NCBI GenBank assembly: GCA_964578845.1
Contig: CAZOEF010000001.1
Span: 104,591 to 168,590, forward strand
DNA: 64,000 bases
DNA from: Candidatus Woesearchaeota archaeon
GTDB lineage: Archaea; Nanobdellota; Nanobdellia; Pacearchaeales; GW2011-AR1
Direction of reading: 5' to 3'
This document shows, piece by piece, positions 1 to 9,040 of this stretch. Position 1 is the stretch's first letter; each line of letters starts with the position of its first letter. The notes beneath the pieces are model-generated. The model did no database searches and was not told the DNA's origin. It was given only the letters and a program-made list of their open reading frames with translations. A program made the translations under genes and the position numbers.

Positions 1-2
1 AA

Positions 3-302
3 AAGCTCGGAGGGAAAATAAATGGCTCAAAGGAAAGAAGGATCTACAATAATGTCCACGCCAGCTTTCCTGGAATAGACAACGGAAACCTAATAGCTTT
101 CTTGTCTAAAAATAATATTTATGTTTCTGCCGGAAGCGCTTGTGATAGCAAAAAAGAGAAAGAAGATCATGTATTGAAAGCTATAGGGCTGACAAAAAAA
201 GATATGGAGAGCTCGATAAGAATAACTTTAGATGATAATTCAATGCATGACGCCAAAAAGTTGATTCAAAAAATAAAGGAATTCATTAAATTTAATCAAT
301 AG
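3..302 (+). CDS. Cysteine desulfurase (IscS/NifS family), C-terminal part; 5' end outside the window
   Basis: Frame is open from the window start; contains the YVSAGSACDS catalytic-Cys motif, HVLKAIGL and SSIRIT. Confidence 0.8.
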   Translation, partial: KLGGKINGSKERRIYNNVHASFPGIDNGNLIAFLSKNNIYVSAGSACDSKKEKEDHVLKAIGLTKKDMESSIRITLDDNSMHDAKKLIQKIKEFIKFNQ

Positions 303-519
303 CCTCTAATCCTTCTTCATCCATTGCAGCATAGGCAATTGTCTGGCCTTCCTCATCTATTATCTCGACGTGGTATTGGCCGTTAGGCAGGATGATATTT
401 ATCTTGCCTTTCATTCCGGCAGTTATTTTTACCGGAGGGTCTGTGTAGGGTTCAACATCCTCATCCAGGGGGGCTCTAAGTAATTTTACTTCCTGGTGCC
501 TTTTGAATTTTGTATCCAT
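292..519 (-). CDS. Small DUF4926-like protein
   Basis: Pattern AGMKGKINIILPNGQYHVEIIDEEGQTIA resembles DUF4926; TATA box upstream. Confidence 0.55.
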   Translation of the reverse strand: MDTKFKRHQEVKLLRAPLDEDVEPYTDPPVKITAGMKGKINIILPNGQYHVEIIDEEGQTIAYAAMDEEGLEAID

Positions 520-563
520 GGAATAGTCCTAGAATTGGGAGTATATAATATTTTTGAACAGAA

Positions 564-866
564 TTAGGCTGCATTAGGATTTACTTCATAAACCCCGAGG
601 TATTTTCCGGTTATCGGATGATATGTGTGATACCTAGGAGTGTCAAATTCTCTCATCACAGGCACTTCACAATTTCTATCAGGGTTGACTTTTCTAGCTA
701 ACTCTGGATTACTTTCCAATATCCAATTTCTCTGAATGGTTGTAGTCCCTAGATTTCCTCTTTGTAACTGTCTCCCTTCCAATGTCATTTCTCTGACAAT
801 ATGGGGCATATCGGACTTTCCAAACGTATCAAAAAATCTGTTTATTTCTTCTATCTTGATTATCAT
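564..866 (-). CDS. Hypothetical protein
   Basis: 100-aa ORF with a TTTAAA TATA box about 25 nt upstream. Confidence 0.6.
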   Translation of the reverse strand: MIIKIEEINRFFDTFGKSDMPHIVREMTLEGRQLQRGNLGTTTIQRNWILESNPELARKVNPDRNCEVPVMREFDTPRYHTYHPITGKYLGVYEVNPNAA

Positions 867-972
867 ATAAAAGCAATTTAGAATTGGTTTTTAAACCTAC
901 CGTCGCAAATTTTCTTAAGACTCTCCCAATATTGATAAGAATATTTTTATAATCTTATTTTATGGATTTTAA

Positions 973-1779
973 ATGGAAGAGGAGATATTTTCACATTCTA
1001 AGTTATCGCTGTTTGAGAACTGCCCTGAAGCATATAAAGTAAAATATATCGATAAGGCTTTCCCTGACATTCCTCAAAGCATACATCTCTTTTTAGGAGG
1101 AGTTGTCCATGAGAGTTTAGAGTGGCTACATTTAGAAGTGCAGGAAGGAAGATCTCCAGGACTTGACGACTTGGTCGAAAAATTCATAGGGCTATGGAAT
1201 GAACAGATAACTGAAGATGTAAGAGTCACCAACGGAGACATTGAACAATATTTCAATAAGGGAGTGAAATTCCTGGTAGATTACTATCAGAAAAACAAGC
1301 CATTTAGCGACAACACAATAGATATTGAGAAACATATTGTCTTTCCCTTAGGAAATACTAGCTACAAGATCCAGGGATATATTGATAGAATTGTAAAGAA
1401 TGAGGAAGGATACGAAGTCCACGATTACAAGACGAATGAATATATGAAGACTCAAGACCAAGTAGATGCGGACAGGCAGCTGGCATTTTACCATATTGGA
1501 TTGAACAATCTATTCGGCCCAGAGACAAAGGTAAAATTAATCTGGCATTTCCTGGCTCATAACAAGACGATCGAATCTAGCAGGACGCAGGAACAGCTTG
1601 AGAGACTTGAGAAAGAGACTATTGAATTAATAGAAAGAATAAAATCAAATTCTGACTGGCCGAGCTGCGGAAAGCATTGGTGCGACTGGTGCGCTTACAA
1701 GAAGAGCAATGGAATAAGCGAATATAAATCTCCGAAGAAGACTATCAATAATGAATTGTTAAAGTATATAGACAAATGA
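973..1779 (+). CDS. PD-(D/E)XK nuclease, RecB/AddB/Cas4-like, with probable Fe-S ligands
   Basis: SHSKL..CP at the N-terminus, GxxxH, GYIDRI, HDYKT, QLAFY and C-terminal CGKHWCDWC. Confidence 0.85.
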   Translation: MEEEIFSHSKLSLFENCPEAYKVKYIDKAFPDIPQSIHLFLGGVVHESLEWLHLEVQEGRSPGLDDLVEKFIGLWNEQITEDVRVTNGDIEQYFNKGVKFLVDYYQKNKPFSDNTIDIEKHIVFPLGNTSYKIQGYIDRIVKNEEGYEVHDYKTNEYMKTQDQVDADRQLAFYHIGLNNLFGPETKVKLIWHFLAHNKTIESSRTQEQLERLEKETIELIERIKSNSDWPSCGKHWCDWCAYKKSNGISEYKSPKKTINNELLKYIDK

Positions 1780-2058
1780 TTATCTTTTTTTAGATCGTTT
1801 TCTTGTAGGTCTCTTGGCTGTCTTATTGGAATTGCTCTTGTTTTCAATCTCATCCATCTTTATCTCGGAGAAAAGGAATATATAAAGAATTTCGAGTATT
1901 CCGAGAGTGTTTATGACCAGAAGTATAACGAACCAGATAGAATGGCTTTTCCTTGCAGATTTCCATAATGCCAGGCCTTTCCATACCAAGCTCCAGATCA
2001 ATACAATAGCTAATAACCATAAGGGCAGCCCCAAAAGCTCTGCAACATTAAGCACCAT
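1780..2058 (-). CDS. Small membrane protein (DUF5652-like)
   Basis: WSLVWKGLALWKSAR...WFVILLVINTLGILEILY. Confidence 0.75.
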   Translation of the reverse strand: MVLNVAELLGLPLWLLAIVLIWSLVWKGLALWKSARKSHSIWFVILLVINTLGILEILYIFLFSEIKMDEIENKSNSNKTAKRPTRKRSKKR

Positions 2059-2175
2059 TTTAGGATTAGCGGAACTTTTATTTATAAATGCTTCTGAATT
2101 AAGGCATTATGTGAGCATCATATCTATTTAGGGATATAAAAGTTTAAATAGTAAATAATTTTCTATATGATTAAG

Positions 2176-2222
2176 GTACAATTTATTGTGTGTTCAGTAA
2201 GAAAAAACACAATATCTTGTAG
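2176..2222 (+). promoter_or_regulatory. Tandem NrdR boxes
   Basis: GTACAATTTATTGTGT (2176-2191) and ACACAATATCTTGTAG (2207-2222) match the acaCwAtATaTwGtgt consensus, start 31 bp apart and lie directly upstream of nrdR-nrdJ. Confidence 0.85.
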
Positions 2223-2240
2223 TAACTAAAAAGAGGATAC

Positions 2241-2687
2241 ATGTTATGTCCGTACTGCTCCCATTCCGAAACAAAGGTAACTGACAAGAGAGACAGCGGA
2301 AAAATAACACGAAGAAGACGCGAATGCCTCAAGTGTGAAAAGAGATTTTCAACATATGAGGAAGTTGAACTCTCGGAACTCCGAGTGATCAAAAAAGACG
2401 GAAGAAGGGAAACCTTCAGCAGGGAAAAAGTTATGTCAGGCATTGTTAAGGCCTGTGAGAAACGCCCTGTAGATAAAGACAAGATTGATAAGATGGTAGA
2501 CAGCATTGAACAGAGATTGAGAAAAAGAGGGAATGAGGTTAAAAGCACTATGATCGGAGAGCTGATTTCTAAAGAACTAAAGAAGACTGACAAAGTAGCC
2601 TACATAAGATTCGCATCTGTTTACAGAGATTTTGCAGATATATCTGATTTCAAGGATGAGATAAAAAGTCTTTTGGAGAGAAAATGA
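2241..2687 (+). CDS. nrdR: Transcriptional repressor NrdR
   Basis: CPYC..RRRRECLKC zinc ribbon, ATP-cone VIKKDGRRE, C-terminal DKVAYIRFASVY. Confidence 0.97.
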   Translation: MLCPYCSHSETKVTDKRDSGKITRRRRECLKCEKRFSTYEEVELSELRVIKKDGRRETFSREKVMSGIVKACEKRPVDKDKIDKMVDSIEQRLRKRGNEVKSTMIGELISKELKKTDKVAYIRFASVYRDFADISDFKDEIKSLLERK

Positions 2688-5551
2688 ATGAGGAAAATGT
2701 AAGAAAGCAAATTGAAGATGAGAATACATTTAGTATTGAGAGCAAGCCGAGAGGAGTAATAGGATCTTCTGTGCAGGACAGCAATTTTGAACTGAAAAGA
2801 TATTTCACTTTTGATGGAAAAGATCCGTTCCAGTTCGATATTTTTGGAAACCCTATAAACTGGACAAGTGAGGATGTGAGCGTGACTGATGATTCTGGAA
2901 AAGTAGTCTTCACACAGAAAAGGGTTAGAAAACCTGATTTCTGGTCGCCTTTAGCATTAAAAGTTGTAGCTAGTAAATATTTCTGGGGAGATATGGCTAA
3001 AGGAGAAAGAGAGACTTCTGTACAGGATTTGATCGGCAGGGTTAGCAGGTGGTTCGAAAGGCAGGCAATGATGCAAAACTACTTTGGTCCTGAAAAAGCA
3101 AAAATATTGAAAGATGAGCTTGCATCTATCTGTCTTAACCAATTATGTGTGTTCAACTCTCCTGTATGGTTCAATGTAGGAATACAAGAATATGATAAGA
3201 ATGCTGGAGGAGTTTCTGCTTATGTATGGGATGAAGCCAACCAGAAAGTGGTAAAGGCTGATAAAAAAATGGACAGGCCGCAATGTTCTGCGTGTTTCAT
3301 CCAAAGCACTGGAGACACAATGGATTCAATCATGGCTGTCCAGTTAGCTGAAGCTAATCTATTCAAGGCAGGTTCTGGAACTGGCACAAACAGATCCTCA
3401 CTAAGAAGCTCAAAGGAGAAACTAACAGGAGGCGGCCGAGCATCAGGACCTGTTTCGTTTATGAGAGGATATGACGCTTATGCAGGAATAATCAAATCCG
3501 GCGGCAAGACAAGAAGGGCTGCAAAGATGGAAATATTGAATGTCAGCCATCCAGATATAATTGATTTCATCGAATCAAAGCAAAAGGAAGAGAAGAAAGC
3601 ATGGGCATTGATTGAACAAGGCTACTCAGGCGGACTGAACGGGGAAGCTTATGCGAGCATTGCATTCCAGAACTGCAATATGTCAGTAAGAGTTACAGAT
3701 GATTTTATGCAGCAGGTCAAGAATGATGGGGAATGGAAAACAAGATTCGTGAAGGACGGTAGCGCCTGTGAGACTTTCCAGGCCAAGGATATAATCAAGA
3801 AAATTGCAGAAGGCACATATATATGCGGCGATCCTGGAATGCAGTTTGATTCTGTGATAAACAAGTACCATACTTGCAAGAACTCAGGCAGGATAAACGC
3901 ATCTAATCCATGTTCTGAATATATGTTCTTAGATGACAGCGCATGCAACCTTGCTTCTATCAATCTAATGAAATTCAGGACTAAGGAAGGAGGATTTGAT
4001 TCTGAAAAATTCAGGAAAGTTGTAAGGGCATTCATAACTGCGATGGATATAATAGTCGATGGAGCTAGCTATCCTACTGAGCTTATATGCAAGAACTCAA
4101 GAGATTTCAGGCCGTTAGGCCTAGGTTATGCAAATCTTGGAGCTTTGCTTATGAGCATGGGTTTGCCTTATGATTCAGATGAAGGAAGGGCTGTAGCAGC
4201 TGCAATCACTGCTATAATGTGCGGAGAAGCTTACAAGACTTCAGCTGATTTAGCAAAACTAGTAGGTCCTTTCCCAAGGTACAACGAGAATAGGGATTCA
4301 ATGATGCAAGTCATGAAAATGCACAGGGATCATGTGAAAGATATTGAGGTCAATAAGATGCCTTCTGAACTTAGATATTTAGTTAACGATGCATGGGATT
4401 CCTGGAGCTCTGCTGTTGAGACTGGTGAACAACACGGATTCAGGAATTCGCAGGCAACAGTCTTGGCTCCTACAGGAACGATAGCTTTCATGATGGACTG
4501 TGACACTACAGGAATTGAGCCAGATATTGCATTAGTGAAATATAAAGTCCTATCAGGAGGCGGAATGCTAAAAATAGTCAATAGGAGTGTCCCGCTTGCA
4601 TTAAATAATCTGGGATATTCTAAAGACGAGGTAAACGAAATAGTAGACTATGTTGATAAGAATGAGACTATTGAAGGAGCTCCGATATTAAAGGATGAAC
4701 ACTTACCAATATTTGACTGCGCTTTCAAGGCTGCTAAAGGAAAGAGATCTGTGCATTACAAGGGGCACATAAAAATGATGGCCGTGAGCCAGCCATTCCT
4801 ATCAGGGGCAATAAGCAAGACAGTAAATATGCCCGAACATTCAACTGTAGATGATATTGCTGATGCTTATGCGTTTTCCTGGGAACAGGGACTAAAGGCT
4901 GTAGCTATATATAGAGAGAACAGCAAGAAGAGCCAGCCACTGAATACTCAAAAGACTGAAGGCGAAAGAGTCAAAGGATCCCAAAAAATATTAGAAATAA
5001 GGACAAAGCTTCCTCAGACAAGGAAATCCTTAACACATAAGTTCGATATTGCAGGACATGAAGGATATATCACTGTAGGGCTTTACGACGATGGAAAACC
5101 TGGGGAAATATTTGTTTCAATGCATAAGACAGGATCAACTATCAGAGGGCTTATGGACAGCTGGGCAACATCAGTATCTCTGAACTTACAGTACGGAATA
5201 CCTGTTTCAGTTTTGTTCAAGAAATTCAGGCACCAGAAATTCGAGCCCGCAGGATTTGTGAAGAATGTCGAGCAGGGAGACCTTGACAAGAAGAGAATAG
5301 CGATAAGGACAGCATCATCCATTGTTGATTATGTGGCGCAATTTATGCTGAATACATTTGGAGAAGGCGCAGCGAAGATGGAAGTAACTCTTGAGACGAT
5401 TGAAAAACCTGAAGAGCAGACAGATTTGACAGATTTTGGCAATGAAGGATTGGTCTGTCCTCTTTGCGGTGGGCCTGCTAAAAGAATGGGCAATTGTTCA
5501 ATGTATTGTACAAGCTGCAAGCAGTCAACAAGAGGCGGCTGCGGGGAATAA
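2684..5551 (+). CDS. nrdJ: Class II (adenosylcobalamin-dependent) ribonucleotide reductase
   Basis: FNSPVWFN, QCSACF, ASNPCSE, APTGT, TSCPD-like C-terminal domain, terminal zinc ribbon and GCGE; ATGA overlap with nrdR. Confidence 0.95.
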   Translation: MNEENVRKQIEDENTFSIESKPRGVIGSSVQDSNFELKRYFTFDGKDPFQFDIFGNPINWTSEDVSVTDDSGKVVFTQKRVRKPDFWSPLALKVVASKYFWGDMAKGERETSVQDLIGRVSRWFERQAMMQNYFGPEKAKILKDELASICLNQLCVFNSPVWFNVGIQEYDKNAGGVSAYVWDEANQKVVKADKKMDRPQCSACFIQSTGDTMDSIMAVQLAEANLFKAGSGTGTNRSSLRSSKEKLTGGGRASGPVSFMRGYDAYAGIIKSGGKTRRAAKMEILNVSHPDIIDFIESKQKEEKKAWALIEQGYSGGLNGEAYASIAFQNCNMSVRVTDDFMQQVKNDGEWKTRFVKDGSACETFQAKDIIKKIAEGTYICGDPGMQFDSVINKYHTCKNSGRINASNPCSEYMFLDDSACNLASINLMKFRTKEGGFDSEKFRKVVRAFITAMDIIVDGASYPTELICKNSRDFRPLGLGYANLGALLMSMGLPYDSDEGRAVAAAITAIMCGEAYKTSADLAKLVGPFPRYNENRDSMMQVMKMHRDHVKDIEVNKMPSELRYLVNDAWDSWSSAVETGEQHGFRNSQATVLAPTGTIAFMMDCDTTGIEPDIALVKYKVLSGGGMLKIVNRSVPLALNNLGYSKDEVNEIVDYVDKNETIEGAPILKDEHLPIFDCAFKAAKGKRSVHYKGHIKMMAVSQPFLSGAISKTVNMPEHSTVDDIADAYAFSWEQGLKAVAIYRENSKKSQPLNTQKTEGERVKGSQKILEIRTKLPQTRKSLTHKFDIAGHEGYITVGLYDDGKPGEIFVSMHKTGSTIRGLMDSWATSVSLNLQYGIPVSVLFKKFRHQKFEPAGFVKNVEQGDLDKKRIAIRTASSIVDYVAQFMLNTFGEGAAKMEVTLETIEKPEEQTDLTDFGNEGLVCPLCGGPAKRMGNCSMYCTSCKQSTRGGCGE

Positions 5552-5588
5552 CACAAATCATTAAATACCTCAACTATTTTTTCAGTAC

Positions 5589-7388
5589 ATGCTAGACGTC
5601 AGCAAGACAGAATGGGACTTATCTATGCTTTTTTCAGGTGATGACGATCCTAAAATTGAGAAAGTAAAGAAACAAATCGAAGAGGAAGTAAAAAAGTTTG
5701 TCTTAAAATGGAAAGGCAGGGATGATTACCTTGAAGATCCAAAAGCATTGAAAGAGGCGCTTGATGAATATGAGAAGCTGATGAGGGATTATGGCACTGA
5801 AGGAAATATATATTATTATTTTGCAAAGAGATCATCACAGGACCAAAATGACCCGGTGATAAGAGCTAAAGAAAAGAAGATAGAGGACTTTGCCCTTAAG
5901 AAAGATAATGAATTGATGTTCTTTCGCCTGAATTTAACAAGAATCCCCTTAGAAAAGCAGCCCAAATTTTTGGAAGATATTTCTCTTAGGAAATACAGGC
6001 ATTTCCTAAGTAGAATATTTGCAGAAGCTAAACATATCCTTAGTGAAAAGGAAGAGCGGATAATGAACCTCAAATCATCTGTCTCTCATTTCAATTGGAT
6101 GAGGATGATCTCTAATTTCCTTGTGAAAGAAGAGAGAATAGTTCTTAACGAAGAGGGTAATGAAGAATTAAAGAATTTTTCTGAGATAATGAGCCTTCTA
6201 AGCAGCCAGAAAAAAGAAATAAGGGATTGTGCGGCAAAGGCGTTGAATGAAATTCTTGCAAATCATGTGGATGCTGCAGAGAATGAGCTTAATTCAATCA
6301 TGGAAAATAAGAAGATAAACGATGAGCTCCGTAATTATCCGAGAGCTGATTCTGCAAGGCACATTATTGATGATATTGAAACAGAGATTGTTGATTCATT
6401 AATAGAAGAAGTCACAAAAAGGTTTGATCTTTCTAAAAAGTTCTATGAGCTGAAAGCAAAACTGATGGGGCTCCATAAACTTGAGTATCACGAAAGGAAT
6501 GTCCCTTATGGAAAAGTTGATAAAAAATATAACTGGCAGGAGGGAGCTGATCTTGTCTATAAGGTACTGAGCGGCCTTGATGAGGAATTTGGGAACATCG
6601 TTAAGAAGTTTATTGAAAAAGGACATATTGATGTTTTCCCGAAAAAGGGAAAAACAGGAGGAGGCTATTGTGCAAATAATCTCGTCGGCAGCCCTGTATA
6701 CATACTGCTTAATTATACAGATAGGATGAGGGACATTGCTACTTTGGCACATGAGGCAGGCCATGGAATAAATGATGAACTGATGAAAAAACAAAATTCG
6801 CTCAATTATGCGACCTCACTTGCAACTGCCGAAGTTGCGAGCACATTTATGGAGGACTTTGTTTTTGAGGAGCTCTTAAAAGATGCTGATGAAGAGACAA
6901 GATTATCGCTGATGGTAAATAAGCTGAATGATGACATTTCCACTATAATAAGGCAGGTTGCTTGCTATAATCTTGAGATGGAATTGCACAAAGAATTTAG
7001 AGACAAGGGATACTTATCTAAGGAAGACATAGGAAAAATATTCAGAAAGAACATGGAGTCTTACATGGGAGAATATGTTGAGCAGTCTGCAGGAAGTGAG
7101 AACTGGTGGATCTCTTGGGAACATATTAGGTATTTGTTCTACGTCTACAGCTACGCTTCAGGGCTATTGATATCTAAAGCTATGCAGAGAAAAGTAAAAG
7201 AAGATCCTGGATTTATCTCTAAAGTGAAAGAGTTCTTATCTGCAGGAATGTCAAAATCCCCTAAAGAGATATTTTTAGATATGGGAATTGACATCTCTAA
7301 GAAAGAATTCTGGGCCGAAGGAATGAAGGAAGTTGAAGACCTGCTGAATGAGACAGAAGCACTTGCCAAAAAATTAGGCAAGATCTGA
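5589..7388 (+). CDS. pepF: Oligoendopeptidase F (M3B)
   Basis: WDLS N-terminus, TLAHEAGH zinc motif, AEVAST, HI..FYVYSYA. Confidence 0.9.
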   Translation: MLDVSKTEWDLSMLFSGDDDPKIEKVKKQIEEEVKKFVLKWKGRDDYLEDPKALKEALDEYEKLMRDYGTEGNIYYYFAKRSSQDQNDPVIRAKEKKIEDFALKKDNELMFFRLNLTRIPLEKQPKFLEDISLRKYRHFLSRIFAEAKHILSEKEERIMNLKSSVSHFNWMRMISNFLVKEERIVLNEEGNEELKNFSEIMSLLSSQKKEIRDCAAKALNEILANHVDAAENELNSIMENKKINDELRNYPRADSARHIIDDIETEIVDSLIEEVTKRFDLSKKFYELKAKLMGLHKLEYHERNVPYGKVDKKYNWQEGADLVYKVLSGLDEEFGNIVKKFIEKGHIDVFPKKGKTGGGYCANNLVGSPVYILLNYTDRMRDIATLAHEAGHGINDELMKKQNSLNYATSLATAEVASTFMEDFVFEELLKDADEETRLSLMVNKLNDDISTIIRQVACYNLEMELHKEFRDKGYLSKEDIGKIFRKNMESYMGEYVEQSAGSENWWISWEHIRYLFYVYSYASGLLISKAMQRKVKEDPGFISKVKEFLSAGMSKSPKEIFLDMGIDISKKEFWAEGMKEVEDLLNETEALAKKLGKI

Positions 7389-7445
7389 CGACGATATTTA
7401 CAATTTTTCCAAAAGATTTATTAATCAAATCTCTCAAGAGATTTA

Positions 7446-7763
7446 ATGGCAGGAAACATAACAGTCCTTGATGAGAATAGTTTTGATGATTTTATCTCTT
7501 CAGGCAATTGCGTGATAGATTTCTACGCTGACTGGTGCGGACCTTGCAAGATAATGGCCCCGCATTTCCAGAAAGCTTCTGAGGAGTTTACTAATGTTAA
7601 ATTCGCTAAAGTCGATGTTGATGCGAATCCGGATTTAGCAGGAAGATTCCAGGTCATGTCAATACCTACTACATTATTCATCAAGGATAAAGAGCAGGTC
7701 GACAGGTTCACTGGAGCGATGAGGCTCGAAGAGATCAAGGAAAAGATTGAGAGCAACTTCTAA
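7446..7763 (+). CDS. trxA: Thioredoxin
   Basis: DFYADWCGPCK and SIPT motifs. Confidence 0.97.
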   Translation: MAGNITVLDENSFDDFISSGNCVIDFYADWCGPCKIMAPHFQKASEEFTNVKFAKVDVDANPDLAGRFQVMSIPTTLFIKDKEQVDRFTGAMRLEEIKEKIESNF

Positions 7764-7797
7764 ACATTTAAATAACAAAATTTTCTCAGAAGCTTAA

Positions 7798-7958
7798 GGC
7801 CCTGTAGCTCAGCCTGGTTAGAGCACCAGACTCTTACTACAACTTCTTTTAGAAAAAGAAGTTCTAGGAGTCAAGAAAACTACAATTAGGCTAACGCCTA
7901 ATCTTGACTTTGATAAGGAGTGATCTGGGTGCCGGGGGTTCAAATCCCCTCAGGGCCA
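7798..7958 (+). tRNA. tRNA-Lys(CUU) with an 86-nt intron at canonical position 37/38 (7837-7922)
   Basis: GGCCCTG/CAGGGCC acceptor stem, GCTC/GAGC D-stem, CCAGA/TCTGG anticodon stem, CT-CTT-A|intron|A, TTCAAAT T-loop; CTCT/GGAG helix with flanking bulges (BHB-like). Confidence 0.88.
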
Positions 7959-8611
7959 TTTAAATCAGAAGTGCTCCTACAATAAACCTGCCTCTCAGGA
8001 TCAAATCTGAACCCTTCTCTTTTTGCAGTTACGTCATAAATCATCTTTGCTCCAGTTTTATTTATTCTAACACTTTCATATCGATTTCTTGTGTGGGGCA
8101 AAACCAAGACCTCAGGGATCATGTTAACATGAGCCCATCTGAATGCAGTGTTTAGTAGAGCGTTTGGCCACTTAAGATCTGAGAGATAATCTGCCCCCTT
8201 CACTCCTTGGAGTTGAGATACTAGAATAGCGTTTCTGACAGGTTCAAAACCAATCATGGCTAGAGGCTTGTCCTCGGGAGAACATAACGAAAACCCATAA
8301 AAAGTATCACGCCATATGTCGCAAGACCACCATCCATTTCTTTTAATAGTAAATCTAGATGTATCTAGAGAAGAGTCTTTTTTATAGCCATCTATAAATG
8401 ATTCCTCTAGAAATTCCGCTCTCGAGATCTTGCCTGGAATTGAAGACACGAATCTGCGAAGCTCTATCATTAGATTTATTGCATCTCCCAGATCTGAGAA
8501 TCTCTTTCCCCTGATTGTGAAAGCATGGTCAAGAGGTTTCAAAGGTTCAATCATGCTCCAATATGGTTGGACTGGAGAGGCTTTGTTTTCTCTTGAGGAG
8601 TTAGATCTCAT
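7940..8611 (-). CDS. Hypothetical protein (weak VirK/DUF535- or GNAT-like similarity)
   Basis: About 223 aa with own TATA box; ILVSQLQGVKG..WPNALL segment; stop codon overlaps the tRNA-Lys 3' end. Confidence 0.55.
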   Translation of the reverse strand: MRSNSSRENKASPVQPYWSMIEPLKPLDHAFTIRGKRFSDLGDAINLMIELRRFVSSIPGKISRAEFLEESFIDGYKKDSSLDTSRFTIKRNGWWSCDIWRDTFYGFSLCSPEDKPLAMIGFEPVRNAILVSQLQGVKGADYLSDLKWPNALLNTAFRWAHVNMIPEVLVLPHTRNRYESVRINKTGAKMIYDVTAKREGFRFDPERQVYCRSTSDLNGPEGI

Positions 8612-8836
8612 CAAATTTATCCAAAAGTGGCTAATTTAAATATATGCCTAAATTGGGAAGACGGAGTCAATTAGATAGCAGCTATTTGGCATCCTTGAGC
8701 ATATTAGGATTATTGCCTTGCAATATACATTTCTGGCACCAAAAACCATTTTAGCAGAAACATTTAAAAAGCCACTTTTACAGTCTTTTATTATTCCAAG
8801 GTTGTAATAGCCATTTTTGCAACAAAAACTATTCCA

Positions 8837-9040
8837 ATGCACATATTAAAGCCCAAACATTCAAGAATGAAGCCAGAAGAGGTAAAAAAACTAATTGAAA
8901 AATATAATCTTTCTGTTTCTCAGCTTCCAAAAATAAAATTAAATGATCCTTGTGTACCTGAAGGATGCCAGACTGGAGATGTCCTTAAGATCGAAAGAGC
9001 CAGTGACAAGACCAAGGAATATTATAGGGTGGTAGTATGA
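8837..9040 (+). CDS. rpoH: RNA polymerase subunit H (Rpo5)
   Basis: HILKPKH, QLPKI..DP, GDVLKIER, YYRVV. Confidence 0.95.
   Translation: MHILKPKHSRMKPEEVKKLIEKYNLSVSQLPKIKLNDPCVPEGCQTGDVLKIERASDKTKEYYRVVV

Noticed and set aside
973..1779. Cas4-like nuclease as a sign of a CRISPR-Cas locus
   Set aside because: No repeat-spacer array or other cas genes are present; solo PD-(D/E)XK Fe-S nucleases are common in archaea.
7940..7958. Overlap of the hypothetical gene with the tRNA-Lys 3' end as an integration scar
   Set aside because: I saw no second copy of the tRNA-Lys 3' end and no mobility gene; read-through to the next stop codon explains the overlap.
8648..8842. 64-aa minus-strand ORF upstream of rpoH
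   Set aside because: It overlaps the rpoH promoter and start, has no recognisable motif and is probably spurious.
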